Positions 55,317-64,000 of a DNA stretch of 64,000 nucleotides are shown here, piece by piece. Within the stretch, counting starts at the first letter, position 1. Each line of letters opens with the position of its first letter. The position numbers and the translations under genes are program-made. Source of the stretch: a virus; IMG/VR virus record IMGVR_UViG_3300022555_000010, positions 64,001 through 128,000 of that record; one strand, given 5' to 3'. The notes beneath the pieces are model-generated. The model was not told the origin of the DNA. It searched no databases and saw nothing but the letters and a program-made list of their open reading frames with translations.

Positions 55317-56528
55317 ATGGCTAATATATACTTTGAGGATAAACAGGGATCACCAGACTACAAATGGGACACGGTTGTTAATTGGTGGACAGATACTGCT
55401 CGGACTATTTCAGCAGGAGCACTCCCTATTGCGGGAGACTCAATATTCATTGCAGGTGGAATACATCATGGTCCTTCTGTTTCTCTGACATTCTCAAGTA
55501 TTAAGGTTGCAGATGTTTCAACTGGCGGTGGGTCTTTTAATGCATTATTTACCGGGGCACTTGGACCAGTGTTTTTTTATGATCATACCTATAATTATGG
55601 AACACTCGACGATGCTACTTTCTATGATTACTCTGTGAACAATGGAACGGTAACTAATGGGGTTTTTAACAATGATTCTTCGAATTTGCTGTATGCGACG
55701 AATGGAATATTTAACAACCAATCATTTAATAATGGTTTTTCGACGACAGGCACTTTTAATTCCGGTTCCAAAAACTATTTCAATGTAACTACCGGAATTT
55801 TCAATGATTCGGCACGGAATATGGGTTCAGTATCTTCCGCAAAGTTTTATTTTATTGCAATCAACAACTCTTTTTTTGTATTGCCCGAAGGGGATTTTTA
55901 CGGAATATCCTGGAATGAAAGTCAGGTGACTATTGGAAATTTTCATGATTCGGCTTCAAACCAGAATGGGGGAGGTTTGGTTACAACGGCCAATTTACAT
56001 AACACTTCTTACAATATTGGGACAATTACAACTGGAAACTTTTACAATTCATCGTTGAATCATGTGATCTTCACGATTCGTGGGATTGTAGGAACAGGTA
56101 ATTTCTATGACACATCTGTAAATCAAGCAGATGCGACAACGGCGAATTTCCATAACAACTCTTATTACGATATTGGATCTACAGCAACAACTGCAAATTT
56201 CTACGATATAACTTACAACTTGGGGACAGTTCCAACTGCAAATTTCTACGATGTGTCATATAATCTGGGAACGGTCACAACTGCGTTTTTTTACAACAAT
56301 TCCTATAATGATATGGGAGGGACAGTTTCAGGGACTGCAACTTTTAGAGACTCAAGTTATGTAAAGGACACCAGTTCTGTCACGACGAAGGTATGGAGAG
56401 ACACCGGGTTTATCACGCAGCCTGACCCAAGTAATGTTGTTGGAGGAACAGCATATGGGACAGGTTCAAGTTTGATGGGAACCAGGGGTAGTGGGATCAA
56501 TGGGACCGGGTTTTCCGGAACATATTGA
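55317..56528 (+). CDS. beta-helix repeat protein, shorter paralogue of 52349
   Basis: shared N-terminal YF.D..DY.WDT..NWW and C-terminal VSGTAT.RDSSY..TTKVWRDTG. Confidence 0.75.
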   Translation: MANIYFEDKQGSPDYKWDTVVNWWTDTARTISAGALPIAGDSIFIAGGIHHGPSVSLTFSSIKVADVSTGGGSFNALFTGALGPVFFYDHTYNYGTLDDATFYDYSVNNGTVTNGVFNNDSSNLLYATNGIFNNQSFNNGFSTTGTFNSGSKNYFNVTTGIFNDSARNMGSVSSAKFYFIAINNSFFVLPEGDFYGISWNESQVTIGNFHDSASNQNGGGLVTTANLHNTSYNIGTITTGNFYNSSLNHVIFTIRGIVGTGNFYDTSVNQADATTANFHNNSYYDIGSTATTANFYDITYNLGTVPTANFYDVSYNLGTVTTAFFYNNSYNDMGGTVSGTATFRDSSYVKDTSSVTTKVWRDTGFITQPDPSNVVGGTAYGTGSSLMGTRGSGINGTGFSGTY

Positions 56529-56606
56529 TTCTACCGCTTGACGGATATTGAATAGTGTTAGTAGACTAATTAGGTCGGAAGAGGCAAGTTTCTTGGACTA
56601 AATCTG

Positions 56607-57383
56607 ATGAGGTGGAATATGTTTGGAATAGAATTTTCGAGTGGTGTGTTGAAGGATAGGGCGGCCGGAGGTATCATCGCCTCCATAATTCTTATTCTCC
56701 TATTGGTCGTCAAAAGATCGTGGAGAAAGATACGGATGGCATTTAGCCGGTTTGACACCACACATCCTGTTATTTTAGAGGTGGAACAAAATTGGGATGT
56801 ATACACAGACATCGTAGAGTTGAGAGCACTTGCGAATGCTGACCGGGCTTATGTCTTAGGATTTCATAACGGAACGGAATTTCTGCCAAGTCGTCCGGTT
56901 TGGAAGCTAAGTTGCACTCATGAGGTTGTTAGACCGGGTGTATCCTATCAGGCGGCAAGGCTTCAGGGTATTCTCGTTTCATTGATTCCGGAAATCATTA
57001 GTGCGGTTCTTGCAGGTTCTTCTCATCATACAGGGATTATGACTCCGGAATGCACAGAGTGTAATCACAAAATTCTTTGTCGGAAGAACAATAAGAGGGT
57101 TGTGGTATTCCAGGTCGAGGATATGGATGACAGTTTCAGCAAACACCATTTCGAGGAAAAGAACATCAAGACTACGATTCTTGGCGGAATTACAAAGAAT
57201 GGTTCAGTCAATGCGATGGTTGGCATAGATTATTGCGGTACAAGGCTTTCTGACGATCTGGTGAAAAAAATGATAGCAATTGTTTGTCATTCAACAGATG
57301 TGGTTCAGTATCACTTACAATCAAAGAAAGATCAGGCTGGGACCAATAGTCCTGAACGTCCGATTCCTTCTTATCCTGTTTAA
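56607..57383 (+). CDS. membrane-anchored GAF-like protein (T4 holin T-like architecture)
   Basis: single N-terminal TM; ADRAYVLGFHNG..SCTHE..VGIDY. Confidence 0.5.
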   Translation: MRWNMFGIEFSSGVLKDRAAGGIIASIILILLLVVKRSWRKIRMAFSRFDTTHPVILEVEQNWDVYTDIVELRALANADRAYVLGFHNGTEFLPSRPVWKLSCTHEVVRPGVSYQAARLQGILVSLIPEIISAVLAGSSHHTGIMTPECTECNHKILCRKNNKRVVVFQVEDMDDSFSKHHFEEKNIKTTILGGITKNGSVNAMVGIDYCGTRLSDDLVKKMIAIVCHSTDVVQYHLQSKKDQAGTNSPERPIPSYPV

Positions 57384-57422
57384 TTTTTGTCAAACAATTC
57401 TCATTCCGGCGTATAATGGGGA

Positions 57423-57719
57423 ATGGCAGCAATTGGTTGGACAGAAATAAGAGGACAGAAATTCTCCGAATCGGAAGCACGAGAGGCTTCCGACTTTAAC
57501 GAGATTCTGTCCAATTTTGCTCTTGACCCCCAAATGGTATACACGTTATTTCATCAGGAGAACTTATCAGTGGCGAAACGGTTAGTTCTGGCTGAGACAA
57601 TCCCACTGGATGAAGCATCGGCCATGTTATTTACGGATTCAGATTCAAGGATTAGAGAAGTTATTCAAGTTCGATTACGGGAGGACAGGCTCAATGCCAC
57701 CGGCAATATTATCTGTTGA
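57423..57719 (+). CDS. hypothetical protein
   Basis: ORF just after TATAAT. Confidence 0.5.
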   Translation: MAAIGWTEIRGQKFSESEAREASDFNEILSNFALDPQMVYTLFHQENLSVAKRLVLAETIPLDEASAMLFTDSDSRIREVIQVRLREDRLNATGNIIC

Positions 57720-57727
57720 GAGTAGTT

Positions 57728-58510
57728 ATGAGTATATTTACGACAAAAGATGTTGATGCGGCTGGGGTTGTTCGTCCAGGTACGGGGACTTGTGGGGTTT
57801 ACGGCATTGGGAATATTGTCAATGGCAAGTGGTATATTGGTAGTAGCAAACATATTTGGCACAGGTGGAAGGCACATATTTCTTCTCTTCGGTGTGGTAA
57901 ACATCGTAATAATTTTCTCCAAAATGCTTGGAATAAACATGGAGAGGGATGTTTTGAATTTATTATTCTCGAAGAGTGTCTGGCCAGCGAAAGAATGATA
58001 CGTGAGAATATATGGATGGGAACTCATCGTTCTTTGGTTGAACTATCTGGGTATAATCTAAAGACGGCTGATCCTGAAAATACGGTTTATTCGGAGAAGG
58101 CCAAGATTAAGATGCGGCTGACAAAGAGCACTCCGGAGTGGAAGGCAAAGGCTAGTGCAGCACAGATGGGACATAAAACGAGTCAAGAGACCAAGGACAG
58201 GATTCGTGAAGCCCATATTGGTCAAAAGGCTTCAGCGGCAACTAGGGAAAAGATGAGTAAGGCCAGGTTGGGTAAAAAACATTCAGAAGAATGGAAACTC
58301 AAGCAGAGTGTTGCCATGAATACTTCTGAATATAAGGATAAGATGAGTTCATCTTTGAGGGTTCAATGGAAGAAGCCGGAATTTAGGGATAAGGTGATGG
58401 CTGGACGCAATACGCCAGAGTGTAAAGCAAAAATCAGAAGCCCGAAATCTGACAAGCATCGGGAAAATATGAGGGCATCGTGGGTTCAGAGGAGACTGAA
58501 GATAAAATAG
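57728..58510 (+). CDS. GIY-YIG homing endonuclease with NUMOD3-like repeats
   Basis: GVYGI..WYIGSS..RW..H..GYN; GKKHSEE-type repeats. Confidence 0.85.
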   Translation: MSIFTTKDVDAAGVVRPGTGTCGVYGIGNIVNGKWYIGSSKHIWHRWKAHISSLRCGKHRNNFLQNAWNKHGEGCFEFIILEECLASERMIRENIWMGTHRSLVELSGYNLKTADPENTVYSEKAKIKMRLTKSTPEWKAKASAAQMGHKTSQETKDRIREAHIGQKASAATREKMSKARLGKKHSEEWKLKQSVAMNTSEYKDKMSSSLRVQWKKPEFRDKVMAGRNTPECKAKIRSPKSDKHRENMRASWVQRRLKIK

Positions 58511-58552
58511 TTGGTGTAATGGGATTGGAGAGCATCCTGTCGGGATGATATT

Positions 58553-59761
58553 ATGGCAAGTAATTCTATAAATATTTCGAAAGAGTTGATAAAAGGGATT
58601 GTAGACATTGCTCGTCACAAAGAGTTTTACGGGCATATCATACAACAAATGGAACGGATCTTCGTGGAGGATGATCATACCGTTCAGACGGCAGCGGTCG
58701 GACGGGTTCCAGGGGACAGATTCGTTAAGATGTATCTGAGCCGAAAATTCTTTAGAGACATTTTCGAGGAACACGGTAAAACAAAAGGATGGACCTTTAT
58801 GTTGGGAGTCCTTGAACACGAAATCATTCATATCGTTTTTGGACACCTATTTCTAATTTTCGAGGACCATACCAGGGGGAATGTGGCAAAGGACCTCGTG
58901 GTCAATGGGATTATTCCCAATGACACTTTGCCGGGGAATTATGTCATTCCGGAACATTACGGATTTGAACGAGGTAAATCTTCGATGTGGTATTACACCC
59001 ATCTTCAAGACAATCCGAAATATAAAAAGCAGTGTGCTGATGGACAATTTGGAAAGGGCGGGATTCTGTCTCACATTATGTCTTCACATGGAATGTGGGA
59101 GGATATTAAGGACGATCTTGTGGCCAAGGAGTTTGCAAAGGATATTGTTCGCAAGGCACAAGATCTTTGCAATAATAGTTACGATAATATTCCTGGGGCT
59201 GTTCTGGCACAGATTGAAGACTTGCTCAAGAAGGAAAAGTCTATCATTCCTTGGGCAAAGGTGCTGAGGATGTTTGTGGCGTCTTGTGCCGAGAGCATTC
59301 TGGACTATACGGTTAAGAGAATCAGTAGAAGGTTCAATACAAGGCCTGGGACTCGCAAGGGGGACGTCTTGAACCTTGCCGTGGGGGTTGACACCTCCGG
59401 ATCAATATCCGATCAGGAATTGGCCATATTTTTTAATGAGATCAAGTGGCTATGGAAAAATGGGGTTACGGTTACGGTTTATGAAGCTGACTGTGCGGTT
59501 TGTGCTGTGTATAAGTACAAGGGCAAATTCACAGGGAAGGTTCATGGGAGAGGTGGTACTAACCTGGAGCCGGTGCTGAAGGAGACGGAAGGCAAGTATG
59601 ATGCTCTGATTTACTTCACCGACTTCGAGGCCCCGACCATCACCAAGAGGTACAGGATTCCGATATTGTGGGTTTTGAGATCGGATATGGGTCCGGATCG
59701 TTATCCCTATAAATGGGGCAGATGTATTCGGATTAACAATGACAAAGCAGTGGCGGCATAA
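58553..59761 (+). CDS. DUF2201-type metallopeptidase-VWA protein (MoxR partner)
   Basis: HEIIH, DTSGS MIDAS, GRGGT, YFTD. Confidence 0.85.
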   Translation: MASNSINISKELIKGIVDIARHKEFYGHIIQQMERIFVEDDHTVQTAAVGRVPGDRFVKMYLSRKFFRDIFEEHGKTKGWTFMLGVLEHEIIHIVFGHLFLIFEDHTRGNVAKDLVVNGIIPNDTLPGNYVIPEHYGFERGKSSMWYYTHLQDNPKYKKQCADGQFGKGGILSHIMSSHGMWEDIKDDLVAKEFAKDIVRKAQDLCNNSYDNIPGAVLAQIEDLLKKEKSIIPWAKVLRMFVASCAESILDYTVKRISRRFNTRPGTRKGDVLNLAVGVDTSGSISDQELAIFFNEIKWLWKNGVTVTVYEADCAVCAVYKYKGKFTGKVHGRGGTNLEPVLKETEGKYDALIYFTDFEAPTITKRYRIPILWVLRSDMGPDRYPYKWGRCIRINNDKAVAA

Positions 59762-59785
59762 AGCCGGGAATAAAGGGAGAACAGT

Positions 59786-60154
59786 ATGAAAAGTATGTTT
59801 GTAGTATCAGGGTCGTTTGTGAATAAGCATGTTGGGAAAGAGTATGATGTGATCGTCGAGGTTGCCGATGAGCCTACGACTGAGAACATTCAGGTCTATG
59901 CTGATCAGGTGATGGGAAAGATCAAGGAGTTGTGGGATATGGAGGTTGCGACACCTTATTCTGATTTAGCAGAACGAAAGGTTGTGGTTCATCTTCATGC
60001 GGCACCGCCTTTTGCGGCGATGCTTGTCAATCTCCAGATCATTCTGAAGGCACAGAGTGGGATTGTTGTGGAACTTCCGTGGGAAACACCTCCGGATGTG
60101 ACGAAGTTGGATGCAGAGTCCCAGGAGATTCTGAGGAAGTTGGAGAACAAATGA
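59786..60154 (+). CDS. hypothetical protein
   Basis: GGAG RBS. Confidence 0.6.
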   Translation: MKSMFVVSGSFVNKHVGKEYDVIVEVADEPTTENIQVYADQVMGKIKELWDMEVATPYSDLAERKVVVHLHAAPPFAAMLVNLQIILKAQSGIVVELPWETPPDVTKLDAESQEILRKLENK

Positions 60155-60636
60155 AGATAAACCAAGTTGGGATTACGGAGTTTGCTCTCCCTGTTGGGGC
60201 TATCGCAATCATTTCTGGTAACACGTTAGAACTTCACATGGGCAAGTCGGTTGATGGGTATAAATTACCCAGTGAGCCAAAGTGTACCAGGACGGAACTG
60301 GGAAAGATGATTCCGATAAAACAAACTCGGAATCGCAAGGTGTTTATTCCGTTCTATGAATTGGCCGTGAATGCTGTGATTCCAGGAGAGAGGCTCCAGG
60401 ACATTATGAGGCGACTGGAGAAGAAGAATAAGAAAGAGATTGCCGCCGCCGTTCTGGATATGGCGAGGTTCAGTCTCTTGTTTGAAGATCAGAAGCAAAC
60501 ATCAGAAATGATGAGAGCTGGTAAATGTTCTTGGGTTCTCAAGGTGTTTCGCAGTTGGCCTATGGCTATTCGGGCTGATGGTAGCGGTAATTTGGGGGCC
60601 TGTGCGTATCAGCAGTTGTTAGTGATTGGTGGATGA
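60151..60636 (+). CDS. hypothetical protein
   Basis: ATGA coupled. Confidence 0.55.
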   Translation: MKINQVGITEFALPVGAIAIISGNTLELHMGKSVDGYKLPSEPKCTRTELGKMIPIKQTRNRKVFIPFYELAVNAVIPGERLQDIMRRLEKKNKKEIAAAVLDMARFSLLFEDQKQTSEMMRAGKCSWVLKVFRSWPMAIRADGSGNLGACAYQQLLVIGG

Positions 60637-60666
60637 GTCGGTAAACAAAATAAGGAGTAATTAGGT

Positions 60667-61245
60667 ATGTCGAAGTTTGTAGATTTCTATAGTGACCGTG
60701 AAGTTCAAGACATCATGGAGGCGTTTGTCGAGCGTTTCCCGTCGATGTTTGAGGGGTTTGATGCCTCCAAGATTGGGTTCGTAACCACGAAGAAGAAGGG
60801 CAAGAAGACTGGGCCGGCATTGAAGATGCATAAGGTGGCCTATCCTCAAAACGTGTGGCTCTCGAAGGCCTACATTTGTGAGGCTCAAGACGGGGCCTGG
60901 AAGCGGTTGGATGCCAAGAAGAAGAATCTGTCGGTGTTCCGTTCTATGTGTGCGGTTCCGGCGGGTGGATTCGATGAGCAGTCGAAGTCTTACGGGAAAT
61001 TGCTTACCCCGGACATCAAGATGTTTATGCGGGAATTCGCGGCATCTGGTGGTGTTCCGAACTGGGAAGAGAATCCTTCGGCAACTGACCCGATGGAGCA
61101 GACGGTGGAAGGAATTGCCAAGGCGATGCCTATCGTTGAAGCGATCCCGGCCGAAGACGGTGTTGAACGCAAGGCTGTCACGGCGGCTGATGTGGCGTCG
61201 GTGGTGCCCAAGGGCAAGGGTGCCGCGATGCCTGTCAAGAAGTAG
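60667..61245 (+). CDS. putative phage metallopeptidase-like protein lacking HExxH
   Basis: overall pattern (W..LD.KKK.L..F..PDI..F..E) resembles the family; metal motif absent. Confidence 0.45.
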   Translation: MSKFVDFYSDREVQDIMEAFVERFPSMFEGFDASKIGFVTTKKKGKKTGPALKMHKVAYPQNVWLSKAYICEAQDGAWKRLDAKKKNLSVFRSMCAVPAGGFDEQSKSYGKLLTPDIKMFMREFAASGGVPNWEENPSATDPMEQTVEGIAKAMPIVEAIPAEDGVERKAVTAADVASVVPKGKGAAMPVKK

Positions 61246-61268
61246 GATAACATCCAAGGGGGACAGCG

Positions 61269-61877
61269 ATGCCTGTTAATAGGCCAGACGATTATCTGGA
61301 AATGCCGGATTACAAACGCAGACAACTACGTTTGCAGAAGAAAATCAGGCACTACGAGAAACATGATCGTCCAGAGCTGTCTCCCGAGGATCTCTTGAAA
61401 TATCTCAGGGATCATAAGATTCGATCATCCAAAGTCCTTGAAAAGACTCGTGCTCCAACAGATCCAAATACCAATGATTTCCGGAAGGCTTTTGGCAGTT
61501 GGTCCGAAGCAGTGAGAAAAGCGTTTGGAAGTGGTATTGCTTTTGATGTGGATAAGGACTACATTCTCAAATCTGTTCCCCAGTTTAATTTATGGTCGGT
61601 GAAAAGATTTAGGGAAGCTCGTAAAGTAGACCCGGTGAGTGTGCCTTCTTGGAGGTCCATAAGAAAGAACTGGGGAACTTACAAAAATTTGATAGAGTGT
61701 GCTCGCCGTCAGAATTTGAAACTGCTTTTGTATGAATACTTGAAGTTGAAACGGAAGTTAGGACACATCCCGAGCCTTGAAGAACTCCGGGAAGCCAATA
61801 TAAGGATGGACGAAGCAATCCTCTTTTACGGAAGTAAAAAGCAGATGGATGAGTTTGTCGTCACTATGGAAGGATAA
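61269..61877 (+). CDS. homing-endonuclease-associated-repeat protein (DNA binding)
   Basis: FRKAFGSWSEA, PSW..IRKNWGTY, LGHIPS repeats. Confidence 0.6.
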   Translation: MPVNRPDDYLEMPDYKRRQLRLQKKIRHYEKHDRPELSPEDLLKYLRDHKIRSSKVLEKTRAPTDPNTNDFRKAFGSWSEAVRKAFGSGIAFDVDKDYILKSVPQFNLWSVKRFREARKVDPVSVPSWRSIRKNWGTYKNLIECARRQNLKLLLYEYLKLKRKLGHIPSLEELREANIRMDEAILFYGSKKQMDEFVVTMEG

Positions 61878-61878
61878 T

Positions 61879-62328
61879 ATGAGAGACCGACAAGAAGTTG
61901 TTGACAGGTATATTGAATTGAGAGACAGGTATCTCAAGGAACGTAAGGAACAGTATCTTGGTAAACTACCTATCAATTGTTCCCATAATGTCAGACTTCG
62001 AGTGAAGGGCAAGGGGCAACTGGGATTCTGTCAGAACCCCCAAGTGTTATCCAAGTGTGGTCCCCACAAAATGTTTTTATGTAATGAGCCAGATACGGCA
62101 CAACGATGTCGTGTCTTCAATTGCCGGAACACAGAGGTTACAGTGGAGGCCGAGATGAAAGAGATCATGGGATCTCCGGCCAGGTGTGGTAATGATTATC
62201 CGAAATTGGCGATGTTGATCTGGTTTCTTCAGGAGGATGTTGTCGGGAAAACAAAGAGTTTTTGGAAGAAGGCTGATAAAATTCTCTGGAAAATCCCAAG
62301 ACTGATAGCCACAGGGCGTTGGAAATGA
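61879..62328 (+). CDS. hypothetical Cys-rich protein
   Basis: ORF, AAGGA RBS. Confidence 0.55.
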   Translation: MRDRQEVVDRYIELRDRYLKERKEQYLGKLPINCSHNVRLRVKGKGQLGFCQNPQVLSKCGPHKMFLCNEPDTAQRCRVFNCRNTEVTVEAEMKEIMGSPARCGNDYPKLAMLIWFLQEDVVGKTKSFWKKADKILWKIPRLIATGRWK

Positions 62329-62909
62329 ATAAAATTTGGGTATGTCTTATGGTGAGTAGGACATTGTCCAACACCAACCTGAAAGCCATCTCCAGGGAAC
62401 TAACAGTAGTTTTCAGGGATGATCTTTTGGGTTTTAAAGTTGTTTGCAATGACCAGATGTCGGCTTCTGGGGAGTATTACATTTTCGTAAATTGTGATAA
62501 TTACCGGGAACATATTGAGGCGATCAATCGTTGTCATTTTATTACGAGTGTGGTTCCTGACCGTGAATCTCCACATCCTTTTACTCCAAAAGAAATTGTT
62601 GAATTTTTAACTTCCGCTGGATTAAAGGAAGAACCGAGTGGCACCCTGGAGAACGGAGATGTCGTTTTAGTAAAGGATGGATATCTCAAGGGATTGTATG
62701 GGGTTGTTACAAAAGAAATGCCACGCAAAAAGTTCAAAGTTTTCTTCAGTTTTTATGTTCGACAATTTACCGAGTCTTTACGCGTGACATCATTGGAATT
62801 TATCGGTAAGGTATCTGGATATGAATTTCCGTCGGAAGTCGTTGGTAAACCAATTGTTATAGGGGCTCACGTTGTCCACCACCGTAAGTTACATAGGCCA
62901 GAAAGTTGA
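62325..62909 (+). CDS. NusG-family transcription factor (NGN plus KOW)
   Basis: EYYIFV; GDVVLVKDGYLKGLYGVV KOW motif. Confidence 0.7.
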   Translation: MNKIWVCLMVSRTLSNTNLKAISRELTVVFRDDLLGFKVVCNDQMSASGEYYIFVNCDNYREHIEAINRCHFITSVVPDRESPHPFTPKEIVEFLTSAGLKEEPSGTLENGDVVLVKDGYLKGLYGVVTKEMPRKKFKVFFSFYVRQFTESLRVTSLEFIGKVSGYEFPSEVVGKPIVIGAHVVHHRKLHRPES

Positions 62910-63450
62910 TAATCTCAGATCGTCAAATACGACTGAAGAAGGTATTCTTCCATATTTCAGTGTCGAGCAGGTTAGAGCTTTCAGGTCAGTTTTTGGCTTT
63001 TTGAATGATAAGGACCGGGATATTCTATATCTCATCTTTGTCTCTCGAAAGAAGCAGAAGGACGTTCAGCGGATCATGAACCGGTCCCAGCCGTCACTTT
63101 GCTATGATATCAAGCGTATTCGTCGCCGGCTTCGATATATCTTCTACATTCACTCCGTATTTGACATCTTCGTGAACTTTACCCAGGAGAAGGTTTCTTT
63201 CTTTACCCCGGAAGAGATGGAGATTCTCACATTGATGTTCTACACCAGTAGTTTCACAGTTACGGCCGAGATGATGAATCTGTCCCAGGTGAGGACTCGA
63301 TATGCCTATAATAAGTGCCTACGGAGGATGGAAGCCCTGGGAATGTGGGAGTCTTACGAGATCTTCATGGTCATCCGGGAGAACTTGAATGCCATAAGAA
63401 GGGTCTATAAGGGAGATTCTTGTGGTTTAAAGGCTCTTGAGTTGGTGTAA
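62872..63450 (+). CDS. sigma-70 region-4-like tandem HTH protein
   Basis: LNDKDRDIL.L..QKDV..SQP..IRRRL and FTPEEMEIL..AEMMNLSQ..CLRRM; start uncertain. Confidence 0.55.
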   Translation: MSTTVSYIGQKVDNLRSSNTTEEGILPYFSVEQVRAFRSVFGFLNDKDRDILYLIFVSRKKQKDVQRIMNRSQPSLCYDIKRIRRRLRYIFYIHSVFDIFVNFTQEKVSFFTPEEMEILTLMFYTSSFTVTAEMMNLSQVRTRYAYNKCLRRMEALGMWESYEIFMVIRENLNAIRRVYKGDSCGLKALELV

Positions 63451-63490
63451 GTTTTTATTGATATTCTGGTGTTAGTAGGAGGACATTGCT

Positions 63491-63763
63491 GTGAACGAAG
63501 AAATTTTTGAGGGCTTTTGCTGGCATAGTTCCATCGGAATCGATTCGACTCTGGATGGAAATAAGAAGTTTGTGACTCGACTCCCAAACAGTCGTCAGGC
63601 CCTGTCTATGTTCACAGCGTCCGGGAATAACCTGTTGATCCATAAGACAACGAGGTGTTTATGGAAAATGTCCGAGGATAAGAAGACCATCGAACCTGTA
63701 TTCAGCTCAGATGTTCTTTCAACTGACGAGGTTAAGGCGGCTATGGAGGGATCTGAACAATGA
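63491..63763 (+). CDS. hypothetical protein
   Basis: AGGAGG RBS, GTG start. Confidence 0.6.
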   Translation: MNEEIFEGFCWHSSIGIDSTLDGNKKFVTRLPNSRQALSMFTASGNNLLIHKTTRCLWKMSEDKKTIEPVFSSDVLSTDEVKAAMEGSEQ

Positions 63764-64000
63764 ATTTAGAAGCTATTTTTAGAAAAGATGCGGCGATTGA
63801 AGATCACTCACTTGTGGACCATTCCTGGCTAAAGGACGGATCAATCTTGAATATCGAGTCAATGAGGAACCCGAACAACATTAAGCCACAGGTTGAGGTT
63901 GAATGGGGTCTGGGCGGTCCAGATATCGATATCGACGAGCCTGCGGGTGCAGTCAAGCGTAACATCCCGGAAGAGAACCTGGGGGATGCTGGGGCCGTTA
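63760..64000 (+). CDS. hypothetical protein, runs off the window
   Basis: ATGA coupled, open to window end. Confidence 0.5.
   Translation, partial: MNLEAIFRKDAAIEDHSLVDHSWLKDGSILNIESMRNPNNIKPQVEVEWGLGGPDIDIDEPAGAVKRNIPEENLGDAGAV

Noticed and set aside
1-64000. Minus-strand ORFs in the track (e.g. 10636..11379, 11857..12615, 36458..37351)
   Set aside because: They are mostly antisense shadows of + strand genes or tRNAs, with no recognisable motifs.
1-64000. Stop-codon reassignment
   Set aside because: Known genes (ligA, thyX, coaB) are full length in the standard code, all three stops are used and no suppressor tRNA was seen.

Overview
A 64-kb segment of a large (jumbo-like) bacteriophage genome. 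Essentially all credible genes are on the + strand and use the standard code. Protein genes include many small hypothetical ORFs, two AAA ATPases, NAD-dependent ligase, an SF2 helicase with three tandem-repeat paralogues, a Rad50/SbcC C-terminal half, glycosyltransferases, coaB/coaC, thyX, collagen and beta-helix fibre proteins, a VWA metallopeptidase, and NusG-like and sigma-region-4-like proteins. A dispersed cluster of 16 intact tRNAs includes 5 Leu and 4 Ser. Main observations: (1) five cassettes of [tRNA 5' half cut at the anticodon loop] - [endonuclease] - [diverged intact tRNA], with matching anticodon where readable; one retains both halves of the broken tRNA-Ser and a TTGA duplication. 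(2) A candidate ribosome-dependent attenuator upstream of the tRNA cluster, whose 24-codon leader samples codons for 14 of the 15 downstream tRNAs. (3) Two circularly permuted tRNA-like (YrlA-type) RNAs and other structured ncRNA candidates. (4) A bipartite motif CCGTAT-N15-GCAATGT present 14 times, probably a phage promoter, often driving leaderless mRNAs. All calls are by eye; no searches or folding programs were run.
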